A stretch of 64,000 nucleotides of DNA from Rhizodiscina lignyota. Taxonomy: Eukaryota. The DNA lies in assembly GCA_010015805.1 (NCBI GenBank), contig ML978122.1, positions 1,522,453 through 1,586,452 on the forward strand, written 5' to 3'. Of this stretch, positions 60,118-64,000 are shown piece after piece (positions within the stretch are counted from its first letter, which is position 1; every line of letters begins with the position of its first letter). The position numbers and the translations under genes were made by a program. The notes beneath the pieces are model-generated. The model searched no databases. It was not told where the DNA came from and was given only the letters and a program-made list of their open reading frames with translations.

Positions 60118-62307
60118 CTAGAAGTTCATCAAATCTGCAGATGAAATGGTTAGTTCCCCTTCATTTCTAGAAGACAGAAGTGCAGAAAACTCACCTCTCC
60201 CAAAAAGAGCCCTCTTACTCCAGTCCATTGCCAGTAATATCCGTGTCCTCAAACTCACGCTTTGCGCAAAATACACACTCCTCCAGAGGTACACCGCCAA
60301 CAGGCCTCCACTGAAACCCATGCCATTCCCTATGTCAAACACAGCTGCATTGCCGATGTATGCCAGGCTGCCCAGGTGATGGTATTCGAACGCCTTGTAG
60401 CACGCCTCGTCCAGATCACCATAGTCCACTTGATTTAACTTCAGTCCTGGAGCCATTTGGACCATCTTGTTGAATTTGCGGGCGAGGTACTGGCCTTGTT
60501 GATGTGCGCGTTGTGCCGTGGCCGGGAGAGAGGTAAGTTTCGAGTCGATCTGTTCAAGAAGCTCATGTAGTTCTCCGAAGTCGAGCGTCCCGGACTTGTC
60601 CTTGTCATACTGTTCGAACAGCTTGTCCAAGCGTCGTAAATGGTCTCCAGCTTGAGGAAATCTGGCTCTGACCCTTTTGGCGATGCCGCGCCAGTCGCTG
60701 TAGCTGAGTTCCATAGTTTCAGGGTCCTTGCCCTTCTCCCAGGCCAGGGTTCGAAGGAATGTTATAATATGATCGGAGACGTTGTTCTGCACCGTGGAGC
60801 AATCACCAATGGCATAAACATCACCCATTGGGGTACCAATGACTCTCAAGTGGGTGTCGGTCTCGAGCGCATGCCTGTTATTCTGCCCATCAAGCGTGCC
60901 AGCCAGCGTCTTGCTAAATTCGGTTTGTGAAACTCCAGTAGACCAGAGGCAGAACCCTTGAGGCAGCTCCTTTGTGACAACCTTGCCGGTCTCATCCTTT
61001 TGAGTGTAAAGGATGCGATCAGGCAGAACTTCCTTGACGCGAGCGTTTGTCTCTACGTTCACACTGTCGTGTGCAAACCGCTCTTCCGCATATCTGCTCA
61101 GCGCCTCGTCGTAAGTATTCAAGATGTGACCACGGGACTGGATCACGTGAACGGAAATTTCGTTGCGCAGGACTTTGGGGAAGAATTGGACGAGGTCTTC
61201 GTTCAACATATCGTATAGTTCTGCCGCGAACTCAACGCCGGTTGGTCCACCGCCACAGATGACAAATGAAAGGAGTCGCCGACGCTCCTCGTCAGTGGTT
61301 GTGGGATAGCAGGCGGTTTCGAGGTTACGGATGACGGAATTGCGGATCATGCGGGCGTCGGTAATGTCTTTTAGAAAGTGGCAGTTCTCGAGACCGGGGA
61401 CACCGTGAGGGTTAGTGATGGAACCTTTAGACAGCATTAGCTCGAGATCCAGCCAAAGCGTCATAAATAGATGCATACCAACGCCAATAACAAGCTTATC
61501 ATACGGCAGATAAAAGTGCTCCTCGACTCCGTCTTTATTCACTGTGCTCACTTCAACTAACTTCGCACTAAAGTCGACGTTCTCCGCCTTGGCCTTTAGA
61601 AAATGTCCATTCACCCTACTTATAATCCTTCTGACCGGTTCCACCAAACTTCTAAGCTCCAGGGTTCCAACCGTCGCGCTGGGAAGCATTGGCGTGAAGC
61701 AGAAGTGATTGCTCGGACTGACGACAGTGACATGATAGTCATCCGGGTTCAACTGCTTCAGCAGAGCTATAGAGCCCCATCCTGTTCCCAGTATGACGAG
61801 CTTGGGCTTATGCTTCTGCTCTTTCTTGTGAGGGTCGTCATCGTCTAGTAGGTGCTCCGCGATGGGTAGGTTCTTAGGCCCGCCTCTTTGAGGTGATAGA
61901 GCAACTTCGGATACCGCGCAATCGTCCGTAGCCGGGTCCATACGGTACGTACTGGCATCATAGATGAAGAAAGCGATGACAAGACCGCTGCCAATGGCAA
62001 CAGTGAAACCGAACCATGCAAAACTGCGATAGATGAAGCGTACTAGACGGGACTTTTGCGGGAGTGGCTTCGTGTGGAGAGTGCGCCGAAGGACGAGAGA
62101 TTGTGCATTGGGTCGAGCATGTACGGAGCAGGAAAGCTGCGCGAGGATGGAAGGCCGTCGGAGCTGGGATCGAAGGGTATCTTTGGGGAGATGCGAAGTG
62201 CTCAACAAGCGCTTGGATGAGATATTGTTAGCGATTGTGTGGACCTGAAAGCTCGCATGCGGTGGTCTGCATCGCGCTGCGCTCCGTCCAAGGTGCCGCA
62301 GCAACAT
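60118..62307 (-). CDS. NDE1: External alternative (type II) NADH:ubiquinone oxidoreductase with EF-hand
   Basis: VILGTGWGS, FTPMLPSATVGTLE, CGGGPTGVEFAAE, EF-hand DKDKSGTLDFGEL, LPATAQRAHQQG and YLWRSVYF. Presequence and N-terminal TM helix. Introns 61425-61478 and 60135-60194. Confidence 0.94.
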   Translation of the reverse strand: MLLRHLGRSAARCRPPHASFQVHTIANNISSKRLLSTSHLPKDTLRSQLRRPSILAQLSCSVHARPNAQSLVLRRTLHTKPLPQKSRLVRFIYRSFAWFGFTVAIGSGLVIAFFIYDASTYRMDPATDDCAVSEVALSPQRGGPKNLPIAEHLLDDDDPHKKEQKHKPKLVILGTGWGSIALLKQLNPDDYHVTVVSPSNHFCFTPMLPSATVGTLELRSLVEPVRRIISRVNGHFLKAKAENVDFSAKLVEVSTVNKDGVEEHFYLPYDKLVIGVGMHLFMTLWLDLELMLSKGSITNPHGVPGLENCHFLKDITDARMIRNSVIRNLETACYPTTTDEERRRLLSFVICGGGPTGVEFAAELYDMLNEDLVQFFPKVLRNEISVHVIQSRGHILNTYDEALSRYAEERFAHDSVNVETNARVKEVLPDRILYTQKDETGKVVTKELPQGFCLWSTGVSQTEFSKTLAGTLDGQNNRHALETDTHLRVIGTPMGDVYAIGDCSTVQNNVSDHIITFLRTLAWEKGKDPETMELSYSDWRGIAKRVRARFPQAGDHLRRLDKLFEQYDKDKSGTLDFGELHELLEQIDSKLTSLPATAQRAHQQGQYLARKFNKMVQMAPGLKLNQVDYGDLDEACYKAFEYHHLGSLAYIGNAAVFDIGNGMGFSGGLLAVYLWRSVYFAQSVSLRTRILLAMDWSKRALFGRGEFSALLSSRNEGELTISSADLMNF

Positions 62308-63304
62308 GCTGAAGCTGCTCCCTGAACAACTGCTGAAGTGAGAGGAGGTTAAGACAGACGCGATCAACGCATCGGGGAGGCCGAAGGATATAGAGAAAGG
62401 CACACAATCATGGAGCTGCAATTGAGTCCTCCGGGAACGCAGGGAAAGGTTGTCAGGTGAAGAAAGTCAAGATCTGGGGACGGAAGAAGAAAAGAAGTCT
62501 GCTTGGCGCTCGATGACGCGCTGGTGGTGCACTGGACTGGTGATGTAGCTCCGGCCTTCCGCTCGCTCTTCAAAAATTCCGTTCACGCGCTTTTCTGTTC
62601 GGCGCTGCCGGCGGCCCCACGCTCACTAACTCTAGAAAAATCCTGACTGTTCCCAGGGACAACCATCTTCGGGGTTGAGAGGCAAATTTCAACATCTCGC
62701 ATGCCGAGTCGCCATCGCCATCCCCTATCGCGTTCGCGACGGTGACAAAGCAGTTTATAAGCGGACCTTCTGCTGCGTCGCATATTCAAGCTCTGCATTT
62801 AACTATCTCTGCACAGTTCAGTGAAGTGGAAAAGATCTTTCTAATATGTTCTGTCATGGACGGAGAGCTAGTCAGAGCGTTGGTAAGGCCATCCAGTCGT
62901 ATCGTCTTCCACTTTGGGGAACCTATCACGATAACCTAGCAGTGAGGCTTATTTCAACAACCACGATCAGTGCGGACGTCCCATTTCTTGATGAGATTGT
63001 AAAAGGCGTTCAGGTTGCGTGGCTTGTAGCTCTTGTTCCCACTGTTCCGTTGCATAAAAAACCTCACCGACGGTCAAAAGCCAGGCTCGATTGTCCTCAG
63101 CCCTTCAACTTCTTGTTGTTCGACCAGCACGAGCTCAAGGACGCCCCATTCCATAGGGTTTCAGCTGCAATTCAGCTGCTGAATCTGCATATTTGACTGT
63201 GACTCCTATGTCCCTAACATGATAGGTGCTACACCTCAATGTTGTAAACTGTCTGCCTTGTCAGAACTGACCGGCAACCAACAGCTGCGAATCATACCAA
63301 TCAT

Positions 63305-63751
63305 TTGCCGAATTATACCCTAAGTTTTTCAGCTTCTCGTTGCATAACTCTCATTGCGAAATTCACAGTGTCTAGTCCTCTGCCGTGGAACATTTCTGTC
63401 AAAACTATTCATATTCAGCCTGCAATGGCCTTATCGTTCAGCCAAGTTGGCATGGCACTGGCCTCTGGCGCTTTTCAGACAGACTACAGTCTCTACCAGC
63501 GACAGCGTCGGCCTGCAACTTTCACCAAGGTAAACATAAACGCCCTTTTGTTCGTCGTCGTTGTCTGCCTGCTCTACGCAGCCCTCGGTGCCGCCATGTT
63601 GATCGCGGCGCTGGTTCTGCGGAGGACGAGAAAGTACGCTCAGGTGCAAGGCGAGCTAAGGGGCGGGGAGAAATGGGACGTCCTGCGCACTCTCAAAGAT
63701 ATCGCGTCGAGTTGCTGGGGGAAGATAAAACAGCTTTGGGATGGCAAGTAA
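63305..63751 (+). pseudogene. Probable C-terminal remnant of a membrane-anchored fungal protein
   Basis: ALSFSQVGMALASGAF...QRQR...TKV followed by a TM helix and a basic tail. No convincing upstream exons; the upstream frames are broken by stops. Confidence 0.4.
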
Positions 63752-64000
63752 TAACTCTGGAGCGTCTCCTTTGTATGTATGTCGCTGTATATATAGACTT
63801 CTTTGAGCGGAATACCTCCTTCGCTTTCTTGCATTCTTCTTTCATGTAACGTACGAGTTATAGATAGGCAGAATTCCTGATACTATTTACTTATACTAAT
63901 AGCACAAGCTTCTGTAAGTAATTCATTTCATTAATCAATTACGATGTGTTTGAAAATCGAAGATGATCTTCTGCAAATTCGTCACTGCGCCCTACGACTG

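Noticed and set aside
62308..62421. TTG-initiated N-terminal extension of NDE1 in the ORF track (also 36640 for LIA1 and 14182)
   Set aside because: Non-ATG starts from a prokaryote-style ORF caller; the downstream ATGs fit better.

Overview
Gene-dense nuclear DNA from a filamentous ascomycete (Pezizomycotina): short spliceosomal GT-AG introns with CTRAC-type branch sites, and Zn2Cys6 and fungal C2H2 regulators. About 25 protein-coding loci can be modelled by hand. They include two divergent Zn2Cys6 factors, a C2H2 factor, a HAK/KUP K+ transporter, a PflX-like radical SAM enzyme, CHO2, RPA12, a hemerythrin (HHE) protein head-to-head with deoxyhypusine hydroxylase (LIA1), DCC1, a Bud3-like RhoGEF, mitochondrial uS8 with a large insertion, RTC5 and an EF-hand external NADH dehydrogenase. 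Features not visible in the ORF track are (i) a 353-bp hAT-type MITE with TIRs and an 8-bp TSD, (ii) a six-exon, about 989-aa chimera of a Pah1/HbxA-type homeodomain factor and a 'LACPYFKH' zinc-finger module, lying next to a stand-alone paralog of that module in an accessory-looking block (about 23-30 kb), (iii) a GC-AG intron in the radical SAM gene and (iv) a disrupted GFA/CENP-V gene. No rRNA, tRNA or CRISPR array was seen. All family calls come from motif recognition by eye; no database search was run.
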